Assembly (NCBI GenBank): GCA_977020255.1
Contig: CDROCS010002560.1
Span: 558,001-622,000, forward strand
Length of the DNA stretch: 64,000 nt
Origin: Obrimoposthia wandeli
Lineage: Eukaryota
Direction: 5' to 3'
The notes below the pieces were generated by a model that saw nothing but the letters and a program-made list of their open reading frames with translations, ran no database searches and had not been told where the DNA came from. Numbering within the stretch: position 1 is the first letter of the stretch; every line of letters starts with the position of its first letter. The position numbers and the translations under genes were made by a program. Positions 48,401 through 61,000 of this stretch are shown one piece after another.

Positions 48401-51400
48401 ACTTTTCTTTATTTACTCGATATGTCTTCCTCTACCGTCTCCAAAAAGTTCAAATATGGGCGATGTTGATTAATATTTAAACGAATAGGAAAGATTTCTT
48501 AATTAACAATTTAGATATTTTAAAATAATTTCAAATTCCCATAGAAAAAATTGACTTCCATCTAGCTGCTGTATTTGAGTCTTGTCAATGCATGCTGTAC
48601 AAAATTATGATTTCGTGAAGATTTTGTTTTCGAAAAGAGCTTGTAATACATTGTATTTTTTGACTTGAATTTCTTTTGTAATTTTTCAAAAAATTATTTT
48701 AACATCCTTCAACCAATTTAATACGATTTTGTTACGAATTTTTAAAACGAGTAACCCTATGATAACTACCGCAAAAGTTGCTTCAAAATTTAGGTGATAC
48801 ATTTCCATAGACCATTCATAGACATACACTTTAATGCTAGATGCAGAATCATATATTCCGGTAAATTATTGTATCAAAGTATTTGCTTTTAGCATTTTTG
48901 AAATCAATTGAATCACAGATTTACCTATGTCTCATCATACCTGCTCTACTAAAGATGTCAGCAGCAAAGCATTCCTACAAAAACAATGAAAATGGAAGTG
49001 CTACTGGTAACAAACTTGTTCAAGAATTTAATATGCGTGAAATCAATAGTAATTCTGTTAAAATCGTTGTTCTAAAATTTGAATAAACTGGAAGTGTGCA
49101 AGATGCTACGAGGTCAGCAATTCTGCCCATTACTATGACGGATGAGAAGGGAGATGAGTTGAAAGCTTCTTGAAACGTTGTCCTCAAAAATAAAGTAATG
49201 CAGGTAGCCGTTTGTCAAAGAAGTGTGGAGATTACAGCAGAAGAATAACTTAACTCCACATATTTCACGTTGAAATTGTGAGAAAGATTTCTTGAGATGA
49301 TCACTGATCCTTATTTTCTTGATACAATTTGGGACAATGATGAAGTCATATTATGGTAAGTTGGTCAAACTATAAGTAGATCATTTTGTATCTTAATGAG
49401 TTAAGTCAGTATATGTTTATTATGTAGTATGCATCTCCAGTATATGGGTCAATTAACGTACAAAATTTATCAAAGATTAATTCGATGAGTGTTATGAATA
49501 AGTAGGTCAATTATTAAAGTCTTTAAGTAGATCAATGAGTATGTGCAGTAGGTCAATGGGTGTAGTAAATAGGTAAAGTACTTATTGTGGTGCACAGACG
49601 CGACTGTACCGACGTCAGCAGAGAACAGTGGTGCTGCAGAAGCAGAAGCCACATTGTTCTCGGAGCTGCAGCAGTGTAACAGCAGCACTAGTGCCCGGCT
49701 CGAAGCCGATGACCAAGAGCGCGTGGAGCTGGCCAGGCTGCTGATGGAAACGCGAGCCCAGCTTGAGCTGTCGCAGCGCGAGTGCCAGCAACACCTGGAT
49801 ACGAGTGCGGATCTACACAGTCAACTGGAGGCCATCACGAGCCTGGACAAGCTGGCAGCGGCGGCCATGTCAGAGGGAGGGACGGCGGGAGAGAGTGGCA
49901 TGGCGGCCAGCTTCTGCAGTGAGTCGGCCGCTGGTGGTGGGGACGACACGAGCAGCCCAGCGGAATTGAGGGAGGAGCTGACTCGAGTGCGTAAGACGGC
50001 ACATCAGCTGGAGAACCGCTACAAGATGGGGCTGAAACAAATGTCGTGCATGCAGCACGAGCTGAAGAGGTGCGTCACTGTGAAGTTGCCCCGAAATCGA
50101 TGGTTATGTGTGCCTATAGATATCCGGATCCGGGTCGACTGAGGCCAAACTAGAGTAGCAACAGCGGAGCACAGATTATAGTAAATACATTGCGTCAGAT
50201 TTATGCTTCACACAGTTCGACTATTTATCTACTTTCCAAATTTAACAAATCTCAGCTTTTAACCCGTCTTGACAAAAAAAAATGTTTTAAGAGTTCCTTT
50301 TGATGCGAGTTTAGGAGACAAACAACAAATTTAAGTAGTCAAGATTGCGCTCATCTCTCGAATATTCTCACCGAGCTTTCTTTGGTTAACTCCCAAATAA
50401 TGATATGCAGACAGGACCTGGTCTGTAAGTGACTGCAGCATATGACACCGGTCAGCGGTAGTTTCTTCGATGTTGTATTGGCTGAAAATCGCATAATCTC
50501 AATGTTAAATGAGCACGTTGCAGAAATTGCCTTGTCTAAATTAGGGTTTCTCAACCGTTTTTGGCAAAAGCCCAACCCCTGAAAAAATAAGCAGCATTTG
50601 AATATCTATTAGCGTTCGTTCCATATGTAATATGACATAGTAAGGGTACCAGATTGATTATATGCTTTTAAGAAAACGGAAACTGTTTGTGACATGTGCT
50701 TTACGTCCAACCAAATAGTCAATGCTATCCCTGTGGCTCTTGCCCTGCTATGTCATATCAGTTTAGATTTTTGTCTAGAACTATCTCTTGTCATCACCGA
50801 ACCACGTCCATGCGACTTTGAGTCTCACTTTGTATTCTGGCGACGGCACCGAATCCCTTCTCAATCAAGTAAGAGATAGGAAGTGGTAGCGCAAACCGCT
50901 TCGGGTGACAAATGGTATCACCAATTTGCGAACACAGAATTTTGTCAGTCTTTCATCTCTTTCTGAAAAGTCATATACACGTGGTTTCTTATTTTTTTGC
51001 ATGCATAAAACTCTTTCGTGATGTAATATCAATTGAAGTTGTAACAGTTATTAATTAGTAAAGATCTAATAATTAACATAAGCTTGCAAATGTTTTATGG
51101 ATTTAAACTTCTAAATTTAAAGTTAGTTGGGTTTTTATAAAGCTGTTTATTTTTCTATTGTACTAAAATTTACTTTATTTTTGACTTCATTATATATCAG
51201 TATCTCATGGTAGACCCACAACAGTTCACAAAAACTGAAGTCGGGAATCACAATGTTTGTTGTCAGAATCCCCCTGCCCTCCCTAAATATTGTAATTGAA
51301 CTGCTAGAAACCATCACTACTTTCGGGAAAAAATACTGTTGTCTGCATTTTACTGGTACCGTATATACTCACATATATGACGCCCTTTTCACTGGGTTTA

Positions 51401-54400
51401 AAATTCAAAAGTATCGTGTGTCTTTTTTTCCATGAACATAATTTGAAATTGAGGGAAGATAAGAGGAAGATAATGATATTGTTTTTACTGAATTGGAGGA
51501 CTACTGAAAGCGTATCAGATGAGCCTTATAGGCGGTTTATTTATCAATACAAGTGATGAGAATGAAGATACGTTTATAATGACTTTCTGAGAATGACATT
51601 GAGAACTTGGTTTATATTGTTTTTTTCCAATTAAAGATATTGTTTACATTTCTTTATTTCTCCTTTTATTATTACATCATTTTGATGCGCCTTGTGCGTT
51701 GTGCAAACCTTTACCTTCCCTCCATAAACTAAGGGTTCGTCCTATAGGCGAGTATATACAATACACTGTTTCTTAACACATAAATTATACACTATTTTAA
51801 TTTTTGCTGATCTACCGTAATTTCTATTCATTATTTTTACCTTACTTTAATATCAATGTTTAAAAAACTATGTCGCGTTTTTGGCATTTCTTGCATAAAA
51901 TACATATTACTACCTACAAATGATCATTAGTAATTCATTATATTTTGTGACAACTTATAACAAACGCATTTAACCTCACGTTTTTTGTCTATAACGAACT
52001 TCAAGAGATTGTCATTTTTTCTTATCTATGTATAGAAGTTTGTTATAAATAAGAAAGTTATAGACAATACCCATTGCATTTGCAATTAGTGGACTGATGC
52101 AGCCTTTTTGTTGTAAACATTAGCTTAAAGGAAATGGCCACTACTTCTAATTTGTTGGTAGAATGGTACGGTTTTTACACGATGCTATATGCGAATGTTT
52201 TGTATTGAAGTAAATTTATTTTGCAATTATTTTTGAATGTAATGTCAAACACATCAAGCTGAAATTGAGTACATTATACCCCTTTTAACAAACTGGTTTA
52301 TAACAAAATTCTCTTCTAATTTACAATGCTAGACAGTCCCAGTTAAATTTGTAGGTAATAAATATGCATAAGCCAACTTATTCTCTAACAGACTAGGCTC
52401 AGACAGATACATTTTTCTGGTCTTTTCAATGTTGTTTTAAGCGGATTATGCTGTATTTGTTCGAAAGCAAATTAAGTTTGATAAACAGGGCACTGGTACA
52501 AGACAACCTTCATACGCGATGTTGTCTGGTTGAGCAGCTGTGCAATAAACTACAAACTTGAGTCAATTTGAGTTCACTTGAGTAGACACTCAAATGAGCC
52601 TCAATTCCTCCCGGGTCAAAACACAAAAGCCCTGTTCTACAGCGGACTGGTAGTCTAATTTATGTCTACTCGTTATTGTGTGTCCTCGATTTCTTCTTCT
52701 TTGCCTGATCTGGCTCGAATATCGATCTGTGATCGAGTGTGTTGATCAATATATTGAGGTACATTTCAGTTGGATTTCGAGTTCTGTCTACTTACCAAAA
52801 TGTGTCTACTTTTTGTGGAATTTTCTTTTATACTTTTGAAGATATTAGTGAATTTTTTTAAATCGATTTTGCTTATTTTATTACGCTGACCCATCTTCTA
52901 AGGATAAAATACATGACAAAACAAAATACGAAAATAACTACATTTATGAAAATTGAATTATAACTCTTTAAATCACTTTTTTTCCACAGTGCATCTTTTT
53001 TAGGATAAGTTAGTTATCCACACTTTTGTGTATATCACTTTGTATGAGATATTTTCCAATGAAAAATTTGAATTTTAACTTTATGTTTGTAGTCAACCCA
53101 TTTATGTGAAAAAGATTTTAAATATTTATCTATTTTAAATATTTCTCTCTTTACTTAACACAAAGGTATTTATTGTTAATATTCTGACACTTTTAATTAT
53201 ATCAGAAACTGTCTGTTGCTTTAAATCGAACTGTACAGATCAATTTTTTACAACTTTTTCAACATTTCGTTCATTTCAACAAAAATTAACACCCCTGGTA
53301 ATATGTATTTAAACATACATTAAAAAAGAATATGATAATTTAAGTTTGTTTATATAATTGTTTTCAACAAAACTCCTATCTCGATTAGTCTCCCAAGGTC
53401 ACAATCAATTGAAATTATTTAATTCTCCTACTGACTAACAGAGAAGCTTTCATAGGAAATCACAGACTAGGAAATCACATAGTATAATTCATATCATATC
53501 CAACCTTTATTTTTTAGGACTTGATGTTTTATGAAAAAAAATTATCCATATCAATAAATTTAAACCATATAGTCCTTTAAGGCAACATTCGATTTAGAAA
53601 ATCTAAATAATTATCAAGTTTAAAATCTTAAATCGTTGTATTATAAATTATTTTAAGTGAAATATATTTATTTTTCACTTTTGCACAAATGCAGATATAA
53701 ACTATACCAATAATTTTGGGTAAATAAAGGATCAATATGATAACTATTACTTTACTCTGAAAATTGACATGGGACTTCAATACTTCATGATACATTTTTC
53801 GCAGTAGATGTGCAAACAGACAGCTTTTTCGTCACAGTGTTCTACAAAATATCGGTTCAATAAGATTTGTTATATACAAGTGAATTTTAAATACCAATTT
53901 GTCAGTGTCTAAAACATCAATTTCCAATTCTCCATTCTCTTTTTCCCATGTTTAGATGTTTTCATCTCTTCAGTTCGACGTTGAGTCAGCTGACAAAGGA
54001 ACTTATATTTTTTATAATATTTTAAAATTTACTTATGTATCCTAAAACAATGTGGTTAGGAAACATTCCCACCATATCCATTATTTTAAAATATATTTAT
54101 ATGCATATTAATTTTTTTGTTTAAGTTAAAATTGTAACATTTTTAAAATTGATATTATTAATAACTCATAATTATCTAAGTTTTTAGTGATAAATTTTAC
54201 CCTTAGCAACGTAGAATTTAAACGTTATAATTATTTCTAAATTTAAAACATTTATTTATAATTCGGTTAATGTTTTAATTTTGTGTTATATATGCTTCAA
54301 TAAGAGCCTTGCACTTGTACTTAAAGAGTGTCAATTTCAGGGAAAGATCTCGAAGAAAGACCACTTGTGAACTGTGAGCTTTTAAACATTATATCTGTAT

Positions 54401-57400
54401 CAATCATATCAACCGTCTTGATTCTATTATCATATTTTGTAATGCTTCGTCAAACTTTTTACGATGAAATTATAAAATATATATTCTTACTATTTGCAAT
54501 TACTTCTCAGGTACCACATGCGTGAGAATGTGGATCAGACATTGCACACAGAGAAGGAGTTGCGTCAGGAAATTGTGCGTATGCGTGAAGAGTTGGACTC
54601 GACGGCGCAAAAGCTCAAGTTGAGACACGAGGAGCTCGAGTCGCTGACGACGCGGGAAGGCCGAGTTCGTGCCGATGTGGCTCACTCCGTCAGGACGCTG
54701 CGCGGATCACTCGCATCCATGTCATGCGTTTATCGGGACATGTGTCTTCTCATCAAGGAGACGCCCGCAAAATGGATTCAGGTAGATGACTTGCCTCACT
54801 GATACATACTTTTGGATTGTCTTCATTTTTGCAATATTTAATTATTTATTTATTGATTGCTATTGATTTAATTAATATGGTTAATGTGACTCTCATCTGA
54901 CAGGATCTTCTAACGAGCTACAATGAAGACGAGTCGGGTTCTGCGACGTCGAGCAGTGCCAGCAGCAGCGATGTCAACAATGACGACGAGTTGGCCAAGG
55001 AGGTGGAGAACTACCAGAACATCATGTCGCACTTGCGCGGCAGCCTCGGCAGCTTGTTGGAGCACGTGCAGCAGCTGCACAAAAGCCGCGACAACATCAA
55101 CAAAAGTGCTGCTGGCGGTAGCAGCAATCATCCGGCCGAGATCGAGGAACTGCAGGGTCAGGTCACCAAGCTGAAGTCAATGTTGACCACCAAGCGCGAT
55201 CAGATCAACACGCTGCGCAATGTGCTGCGCGCCAATAAATCCACCGCAGAAACTGCACTAGCGAACCTGAAGCAAAAGTACGAAAACGAGAAGGTGCTCG
55301 TCACTGACACCATGGTGAAGCTGCGCAACGAGCTCAAAGCCCTTAAAGAGGACGCAGCCACTTTTGCCTCCTTGCGGGCCATGTTTGCGCAACGCTGTGA
55401 CGAGTATGTCACTCAGCTTGACGAGCTACAGCAACAGTTGCAGGTTGGTTCATGTGGCATTTGTGCTGGGGCAGATTGCGCCATTGATCACATATCGAGC
55501 TCACACCACTTAGTTCCTGCTGCTATTCACCAAAACAATTTAATACAGTTAATACAGTTGTACGTAGTTTCGTAGAAAGTTGTTTCTAAACAAAATTGGC
55601 TTAATATTTCGTATGTATATGTGCGCAAGGGACATTTTTATACATCACATGTGGGTAGATTTGTAAAATCAATTTTAGGACTTTTCTACAAATCGACAAG
55701 AACAATTTAGAATGTCCTAATTAGTGATGAAAAAAACCAAGAAACAAAAAAACGAAAAAAATGTTTTTTTTAATTTGAAAGAATATAATATTTGTTTAAA
55801 TAATATGATATTGGCAACTATGCCTCGTGTTTTGAAATGAGATATTTTGAAGAACTTTGATTTAGTGGAACGCACTGATGAAAAGCACAAAAGTAAGTTA
55901 TGATTTACTAATATTTTTTTAACTCGACTTGCTGAACATTTAAAGAAATGTCAAATGAATTTCTGAAAAAGAGCCAGAACCAATAGTTCTATTTCTCTTG
56001 CAACATCAGAGAAGTCCATGGTATCAACGTCAACATGGTTTGATTTAATTTCAAATCAGGATATTACAGATATTAAAAAAAGAATAGCTCGTTGGGTCTA
56101 CAGGCAAAATTATCCTCTTGATACTACATTGTCGGAGGATTTTAAGGCCATATTTCAAATTGCTAGACCATCATTCGTAGCACATATTCCATCGATAACT
56201 GATTTCTCTGGACGACTTCTCACTGAAGACGTGCCACATATATCCATCTCCAGCTTGTTTAAAATCACCTTAGTTTCATTCAAATGCTCACATTTTGTTT
56301 CGCAATTGTGTAACAAAAGAGTCACGAGAACATAACCGCAATTCTATACAGTGTCTCGCCAAGAAGGCTTAAACGGTGCAGTGTATCGATAAATGACAGT
56401 GATACCTATGTATATTTGTTGTTTATCTGATTACTTTGATTTTAGCTCTACGTCACAACTACTTCTACCACTGTTATTCAGCAAGGTTCACAACAACACG
56501 ACTTAATGAGTTTTCACCAGACCATATCATAGCATTTCCTTTTATGTACAATTTAAACAATTAGTCCAACAATGAAAAATCTGAAGCTTAGTTTATCGTT
56601 TTCTGAATTTATAATATATATACCACACTTTTTATCTTCGGATACTTATTTCTTCTACGGCTGTTAACGCATATTCCAGAAATGTGGTTAAATTTGCCTC
56701 TTGAAGTTTTGTAAATTGTAATTTTCACAAATTTCTTGTTTTTTCTTTGAATTTCACATGTTTGATTTATATTTTGTAAATTCTCACGTTTACCACTCTG
56801 AATTTTATAGGTTTTTATTAGATCATATATATATATATATGCTGGCTGTTTCTTTAATAAACAATTCTTTAGGTGTTGTTTTACAGTGTATTTATTCCAC
56901 AGAAAACCGTTTAAAAGCCGTGTAAAAAAGACAGACTCCATACCGTGTAAAGTAGAAAAACTGCAATATAATCCGGGTAAAAGAGAAAAAAGCGTGCAAA
57001 AATAGAAAAAACTACACTTTTGTGTACACTTTTTGTCTTGATTCCACAAATTTTCCTAAAAAGGTAAGAACAGTGCTATCTAATTTACAGTGTTTTAAAC
57101 TTATCCTGCAATCAGGTCAAATCCGTGTTATAAATCAATGTAAAAACGGATATTTAAGAACGAAAAAAAATCTCTCCGAACAGTGCTTGTCTAGGCACCG
57201 ATTTTGGGAGTGCTCCAATCGCCTGTTTGTTTTATCGATGTCGGTGACTAACTCGAGACGCTATTTGATCAGCCCTGCATTGCAGTGTTTATTGTCTATC
57301 GGCACTGTCCAATCGATATTTAACTTTGCATTGGCATTAACAGATATGCTCAGTCACTCACACCGATATGATTAATTCTTCTGGATAGCTCATGAACTTT

Positions 57401-60400
57401 CAAACATGTGACTGAATTGATAAGTCTGGACAACGTTTTTTCAAATTTAAAATTCTACCTTGTCTATTTAAATACTTAGATTTACTGGTTCGTGAATGAG
57501 CATATAAAACCTTTCTGATTTGGATGAAATTTGCAGAAATTTGCAGATATTAAAGTATTTTAAAATGTAGGATGTTTCCAAACATTCTTTAGAGAAACCC
57601 AAAAATTGGCCCTCCTGAATATTGCTTCTCTATAAATGCCATTTAGCAAGGAAATTGTTCACCATGCTCATCACCTAAATTTTCTGGAAAAAATCTAAAA
57701 GAGAATGAAAAAAAGACATGTAATGACATAGCCGTCGCAGATGTTGTATTCGATGTATTTTTAAATATACACCATTTTAATTAGTAAAATATTTTCTGTT
57801 TGGTTGTCAGTTCTGGCGTGGATGAGAGACTTTTCGTTTTGGAATTTTATAGCAATTCCACTGCCCTTGAAAGCGTCTTTCCATCTCAGCAATATACTGA
57901 TAGAAACATCACCCATGTTCTTCACTGAATGCTCCTAAATTCTCTGGACTAGTGATGAAAAAACCGAAGAAACAAAAAAACGAAAAAAACGTTTTTTTAA
58001 ATCGAAAGAATATAATATTTTATATGCCTGGTGTTTAAAATGAGATATTTTGAAGAACTTTGATTTAGTGGAACGCACTGATGGAAAGCACAAAAGTAAG
58101 TTATGATTTACTAATTTTATATGTTATTTTAGTTTTTATGTGAAAATCTTACACTAAGGAGCTAACAGCAGCAAGTTCAACTTGACTTGTTGAACATTTA
58201 AAGAAATGTCAAATGAATTTCAGAAAAAGAGCCAGAACCAATAGTTCTACTTTTCTTGCAACATCAGAGAAGTCCATGGTATCAACGTCAACATGGTTTG
58301 ATTCAATATCTCAATAAAGATATTACAGTTATTCAAAAAAGAATAGCTCGTTGGGTCTACAGGCAAACGTGTCAGGATGAACGTGTTAAAAAATTAGCAT
58401 ATTTGTATTTTAATAAATCACATAGTTAAGTACGCGGTACATTCAATAAGTCCCTAGCCTACCATAGAAAAAAATATAGATACAATCCTTAATATTTTCA
58501 TATAACTACATAATTAGATATAGGTAAAACTATATACTTTATTTTAATGTGTTACTTTTGTTTATATTTTTATTGGCACATTTTCAAATTTATGACAAAT
58601 CAAGTGGAATAAAGGAGTGTTATCAAGTTTTTTGTTTTGCAAGGACTAAACGCAACTGAAATAAATAATATGCTTCAAGATAATTACAAGGGTGATTCTT
58701 CATGTTATGCTACTGTGAAAACGTGTCAAGTATTTTAATAATGGTCGCACTTCTGTGTTTGATGATGAAAGAACGGGAAGAATTCAAGAGATTCCAGATC
58801 AAGTTAAGGAAAATTTAATTAAGATCGTGAATGATGAACGCATAATCTTTTTTTAAATGCTGTCCATTCGTTTTAATATCAGTGTGGGAAGCCTTCACAC
58901 AATGGTGAAAGATATGGGTATTCGAAAACTGTGTTCAAAATTTGTGCTCAGATTTTTGAATGGCGAAATGATGAATTGTCGATTGGAGTGCTGTGTTGAA
59001 AGTTTGCAACTTTATGAACAGTAGGGTGACCGTTTCCTAAGTAACATTGTAACAACTGATGAAACAACTCTTTCTATGTACTTGCCCGAATCTCGTCGTG
59101 AATCCAAGTAATATAAGTTTCCAAATTAGAAGCCGTCAAACAAAATGAGATCGGAACAGACGTAAAGCACGAAACACACATTTATGGCTATTGCAGGATA
59201 ATGCGCCAGTGCACACTGCAAACCTCACATGACATACAATTCTGGAGATGGGCTTTTCTCTACTGAATCATAACACTATAGCCCAGATCTCGCACCTAGT
59301 GACTTCTACATGTTCCGGTATCTTAAGAAGCATTAAGTTCGGCAACAGAGATGATTTGATCAACAATGTTCGTGATTTTTTAATAATTGTGAGCCTGGTT
59401 TCTTTGAAAGGCTTTTAAGGAGCTAATCATCCGCTGGAAAAAATGGATCATATGTCGAAAAATAGACTATAGTTACATTTTGTTGTAAAATAAATATATA
59501 TTTGATTACTTTCTTTTTTCTATGGTAGGCTAGGGACTTATTGAACGTACCACGTAGTTTTTTTATTTTTTAATTATTTATTTGTTCATTATTGTTTTTG
59601 AATTACCAAAAAAAGTATTATTAATTATTAAAACAAATAGAAACGATAATTTTTTTAGATTTTCATTTTTTTACAGTATAATTTAATACAAATTATATTC
59701 TAAAGAAATTAGGTAATATTTTCAAGTATATTGAAAAAAATTTATGGAAACGAAAAAAACGTTTTTTACGTTTAAAAAAAACGTTTTTTTGCATCACTTC
59801 TCTGGACAATACATTTTAATTTTTTGTTAGTTTATTATATGAAAAAAATTATTTTCTAAATCCAATTTTTTTGAAAAATTGTTCCATCACAAATTGATTT
59901 TAACTTAAATCATTATATATAATTTTTTTAAAAAAATTCGTTAATCTTATAATTTTAAAATTTTGTGACAATAATCATTATAATAAGAACTTATTTTTTG
60001 TTTTTATCAATTATAATAGTAAATAAACAAATATCAAAACGTAGTTTCATCAACAACCCTCAATGGTTTTGTTACATTTGTGGCAAATTGGCGATTAAAA
60101 TTCAACATTGAATTTTAGGCAATCTTGGTATTCTGTATATGGATGATTTCCCTCTTTTCTCTCCAGACTAATATTGTAGCACATGGGATTTTTTTCTTGA
60201 GCTGAAACGTTGAATGCTGCTGTATCATTACAGGCGGCTGAGGACGAGAAGCGCACAGTGAACAGTCTGCTACGGATGGCCATCACTCAGAAACTGTCGC
60301 TGACTCAGCGTCTGGAGGATCTGGAGATGGACCGCGAGCGAAGTCAGCTGCATCACCACTCCTATCAATCACCAGTGCAGCCGCTACCGCCCGTGGCGCC

Positions 60401-61000
60401 TCCGCAGCAGCAACTAATGAGGGGCCACATGGCCGCTGGTGGGTTACCCTCTACTGCGCTGTATCGGGCTTCTCTGACCCAGCAGCATCACCCGCTGTCG
60501 AGCCACTACCACCATCCACAACAACAGCCCTCGCCGCTGCCACATGGTCAACAGGCCGCCCAGCAGCAACAGTATAGCAACTACTATCATCCCAGGTGCG
60601 CATGTCTGCCTCTGTTTGCGTGGGTTATGGTCAAATTTGCATCATTTATCAAATCTAATTTATGACAAACAATGATGCTCGCAGAACCAACATAATGAGA
60701 GCGCCCCAATACGGCCAGTACGCGGGTCCCCAGCAGCAGCCACCGCAGCCGCAGTACATACACCACGCTGCGGGCATGTGTCGTACCCCTAGCAGTGGCT
60801 CTGGTGGTGGCATGGTGGTGACGTCACATCCTCTGGCGGCGATGCCGGTGGGTCCGCCCTCGCTTTCTTCGTCCTCCTCCATGGCCGCCACCCCCGGCAG
60901 TTCCACCTCGCATGCACTCACCGTCATCACGCCACCTCAGTCCAGTCCTGCCACCAGCCACAAGCCTTCTGTCGCCGCAGTCGCCGCTAACAATAACAAG
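44912..61000 (+). CDS. BicD: Bicaudal-D family dynein cargo adaptor, spliced gene; the last exon(s) were not located
   Basis: Exons 44912-45475, 45664-45955, 49598-50069, 54511-54781, 54904-55443, 60234-60595 and 60685-61000, all GT-AG with compatible phases. Diagnostic motifs: [108 protein letters not shown]. Confidence 0.95.
45664..45955 (+). CDS. BicD: BicD exon 2
   Basis: TTAAG|GTGGAG acceptor; [21 protein letters not shown]; donor GTAAGT at 45956. Confidence 0.92.
46802..47007. mobile_element. pogo/Tigger-like MITE
   Basis: TIRs TACCGTATATACTCACGTGTAAGCC / GGCTTATATGCGGGTACATACGATA. Confidence 0.7.
47400..47660 (+). mobile_element. mariner transposase C-terminal remnant
   Basis: [17 protein letters not shown] (YSPDLAPxD motif) at ~47495-47550. 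Confidence 0.85.
48950..49350 (+). mobile_element. Possible highly degenerate Tc1/mariner transposase remnant
   Basis: [20 protein letters not shown] resembles the F..I.FSDE first-aspartate region; otherwise decayed. Confidence 0.4.
49598..50069 (+). CDS. BicD: BicD exon 3
   Basis: CACAG acceptor, phase 1; LFSELQ; donor GTGCGT at 50070. Confidence 0.8.
51357..51763. mobile_element. Second pogo/Tigger-like MITE
   Basis: TIRs TACCGTATATACTCAC.. / ..GCGAGTATATACAATA, similar to 46802-47007. Confidence 0.65.
54511..54781 (+). CDS. BicD: BicD exon 4
   Basis: TTCTCAG acceptor, phase 2; [12 protein letters not shown]; donor GTAGAT at 54782. Confidence 0.85.
54904..55443 (+). CDS. BicD: BicD exon 5 (conserved CC3 cargo-binding region)
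   Basis: GACAG acceptor; [30 protein letters not shown]; donor GTTGGT at 55444. Confidence 0.95.
55722..56235 (+). mobile_element. hAT element 5' fragment (BED finger end and transposase N-terminus)
   Basis: Starts TAGTGATGAAAAAAACC; RLAEHLKKC; [26 protein letters not shown]; near-identical to 57950-58365. No right end found. Confidence 0.7.
57950..59799 (+). mobile_element. Non-autonomous hAT element with 8-bp TSD CTCTGGAC, interrupted by a mariner
   Basis: TSD at 57942-57949 and 59800-59807; ends TAGTGATG..CATCACTT. Confidence 0.85.
58433..59554 (+). mobile_element. mariner element, internally deleted, TA TSD
   Basis: TIRs CGCGGTACATTCAATAAGTCCCTAGCCTACCATAGAAAAAA and its inverse ending 59554; TA on both sides; RSVIKFF, IVTTDET, DNAPVHT and [13 protein letters not shown] motifs with stops. 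Confidence 0.92.
60234..60595 (+). CDS. BicD: BicD exon 6
   Basis: TTACAG acceptor; [35 protein letters not shown]; donor GTGCGC at 60596. Confidence 0.92.
60685..61000 (+). CDS. BicD: BicD exon 7 (low-complexity tail)
   Basis: GCAG acceptor, phase 2 compatible; GC-rich open frame; donor AAG|GTGAGA at 61001. Confidence 0.7.

Noticed and set aside
50536-50600. TAGGGTTTCTCAACC as a hAT (Charlie-like) MITE end
   Set aside because: No matching opposite TIR or 8-bp TSD found nearby.
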